Part shown: positions 62,001-64,000 of the stretch, piece after piece
Position numbering within the stretch: position 1 is the first letter of the stretch
How the letters are laid out: each line of letters starts with the position of its first letter
Assembly (NCBI GenBank): GCA_051362555.1
Contig: CM120648.1
Location: 3,158,587 to 3,222,586 of the forward strand
Source: Lingula anatina
Lineage: Eukaryota > Animalia > Brachiopoda
Reading direction: 5' to 3'
DNA length: 64,000 bases
Made by a program: the position numbers and the translations under genes
Notes under the pieces: model-generated
What the model was told of the DNA's origin: nothing
The model's input: only the letters and a program-made list of their open reading frames with translations
Databases searched by the model: none

Positions 62001-63734
62001 AAAGGCCAGTCTTACTATGGAGCATACAAACAGTATGAGAAATGGGAGAAGTTCATCAATCACATCAAGACATTAGTTCTTCCCAAAGACTCTCCACTGA
62101 AAAACATGTATCAGACGTCCGAATTCTGGACCAAGGTGAGCCCATTTTACTGATTTAAAAATATGTTCTATTTTTAAGGAAATTGTAAAGTTTCTTTCAT
62201 GACATAATTAAGCCCAATCAAACCAGTTACATATTTCATTCAGTCTAATTATAATGTATTTTGACTAGAATGATTTGTCAAGTTTATCATTTCAACAAGA
62301 AGGGCAAATGTTTTGCCTTGTAATAGAGATATAACTTTTGTGCACTCTCTCTTTTAATACAAATCCCCCTCTCTTTTAATGCAATTTCCAAAGAGAGCTC
62401 TTAAGTGTTGAAAGTCACACGAACTTTTGGCTTTAGGTATTCATGGAGCGTGTTGCAGTTGGGAGCGCCATCTATGGTCTGGTTCTGTCCATGTTGATAT
62501 GTATTGCTGCGGTGGCCGTTTTCACGGGACATGTTCTGTTGCTTCTCATCATTTGTCTTACGATATCTGGTAAGCTGGTAATTGTTTTTAAATTAGTGAT
62601 TTTCTTTTTGTGAGAATTCAGATTAAATGAAAAAAAAATAATAAAGGCAGTTCATTTGTTATCCTGAAGAAAATTATATTGATTAGTGTGATTCATTAAA
62701 CGAACCACTGTACTATGTCTTATAGACTCTTTTAGAGGGAATTGAGGCATCTAATTATATGCACCTCTTAGGAGGGGGTGAGGAAGTGAAAAAAACGGAA
62801 GTTAAGATGAGAGCACATACCCTCTGTGCCTCCCCCTTCCCTCCTCTCCCCCTGCCCCAGACCTACCACTTAAGACTTCTGAAAATACATTTTTGTTTCT
62901 GTTCCAGGTGTTATTCTCCTTGTGGTCTCTGTGTTTTACCTGTCTGGGTGGGAGCTGGGGGCAGTGGAGGCAGTCTCTCTGTCCATCCTGGTGGGCTCCT
63001 CAGTGGACTACTGTGTCCATTTGGTGGAAGGATATCTGCTGGCTGGTATCCACCCACCACACAATATAAGAGAGGTATGCATATATTTATGGTTGGATTT
63101 TTCCCATGTGTAAGTTATTTTGATGGGTTATGTGTGTATATGTTTAATAGAGAATGGACTTTGGTAGAAGGCTAGATTCGTCTATGTTACCAAGAGGAAT
63201 TCAAAACTTTTAAATCAGTAGAATTTTTTGTTCCATTCCCTAAACACTTCAGAGTGTCTTGATTGATTTTTACATGCCATTACATACTTGTTCAATTAGT
63301 GTTTCATTCTTGATGCTTCACTCTGAAATATGTTGTGACAGGGCATTATTGTCATATTACAGAATACCAAAAGTCTGCGACAGTGGCGAGCCAAGGTAGC
63401 AGTCAGCCATATTGGATCCTCCATCTTCAGCAGTGCCGTCACCACAATCGTGGCGGCCATCCCGCTCACCCAAACCACCATACAACCCTTTGCCAAATTT
63501 GGAGAAATTGTAGCCATTAACACCTCCGTGGCCATACTGTACACGTTTACTGCATGCACAGGGTTTTTGAGCTTATTCGGACCAGCCAAGTTCAAGAGGA
63601 ATGCGAAATCATCTCTCCTGTCCTTTGTTTGTACTGGCATTTCTATTGGCGCCATTGTCCTGGTGGCTTATTTGGTGGATAGGTTTGGTGGCGTCACCAT
63701 CCCTGGGCCAAGTGGAAAGTCCCTGTTTACTTAA
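53045..63734 (+). CDS. DISP3: Dispatched homolog 3 / PTCHD2-like RND-family, sterol-sensing-domain multi-pass membrane protein, ~1385 aa, 16 coding exons
   Basis: Exons 53045-54350, 54646-54742, 54984-55255, 55563-55723, 56067-56209, 56759-56898, 57120-57326, 57908-58080, 58381-58687 (or 58708), 60595-60797, 60980-61169, 61460-61602, 61992-62135, 62437-62569, 62908-63074, 63363-63734, with consistent phases. Motifs GILNGAASFLIIGIGCDDVFVF, ATFFTSFTTAAAFAAN, WELGAVEAVSLSILVGSSVDYCVHLVEGY and FAKFGEIVAINT resemble recalled DISP3. Confidence 0.88.
55225..55440 (+). repeat. Exon-end-derived ~33-bp tandem repeat running into the intron
   Basis: GGTGCTGCCA[G/C]CTTTCTT-like unit occurs in the exon and about 6 times in the following intron. 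Confidence 0.7.
58901..59006. repeat. 33-bp minisatellite, ~3 copies, in a DISP3 intron
   Basis: Unit GGCATGCACCTAGTTACTGAACTGGCAAAATCT. Confidence 0.85.
59388..59712. repeat. Diverged ~41-bp minisatellite in a DISP3 intron
   Basis: CATGTACCTAG-like cores at 59391, 59432, 59473, 59514, 59555, 59611, 59660 and 59701. Confidence 0.8.
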
Positions 63735-64000
63735 TTTATGTCCTTCGCAATTCCTCAGTTTTGCGATTACTGAATTAAGTTGGGAATGGCTTCATTGTGA
63801 CAGCCTGGATTTCCATGCAAAATTGATGCCATAATATTTTTAACTGCTCTTGAGAATGTTATTGGAAAAAAAAAGTTCCAGCATTTTTATGGAACCACAT
63901 ATGTAATGGTTCAGGTTGGTGAAATTTGTTAGCGTTTACGGAAGCCAAATTTCATGGTCAAAACATTTAGCATATGCCTTTGTTGATGCATGAGGACCAT

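Overview
This is AT-rich animal genomic DNA with GT-AG introns, microsatellites and MITEs. It is probably invertebrate, possibly mollusc or another lophotrochozoan, which is inferred from repeat style only. Four spliced genes were rebuilt by hand with consistent exon phases: (1) TMEM26 (+, 16385-23975, 4 coding exons); (2) a kexin/furin-family proprotein-convertase-like gene, PC-A (-, 31489-26063); (3) its paralogue PC-B (+, 32517-40249), head-to-head with PC-A about 1 kb away; (4) a Dispatched/Patched-family RND protein most like DISP3/PTCHD2 (+, 53045-63734). The most striking feature is the PC pair. Both keep the Asp/His/Asn/Ser catalytic residues and the P domain. Both also share a rewritten specificity pocket (furin WGPEDDG becomes WG[M/S]ARTG), an E[S/T]S nucleophile motif in place of GTS, no R-x-K-R self-cleavage site, and an unfamiliar duplicated Cys-rich C-terminal module ending PL[V/I]G. 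PC-A has no prodomain, lacks one intron and carries one in-frame TAA. PC-B has a damaged third exon in its prodomain. Intergenic and intronic DNA holds MITEs, nested Helentron-like (HINE) elements with 161-bp arrays, and exon-end-derived repeats. The region 1-16 kb shows no supportable coding sequence. All family comparisons come from recalled sequences, not database searches.
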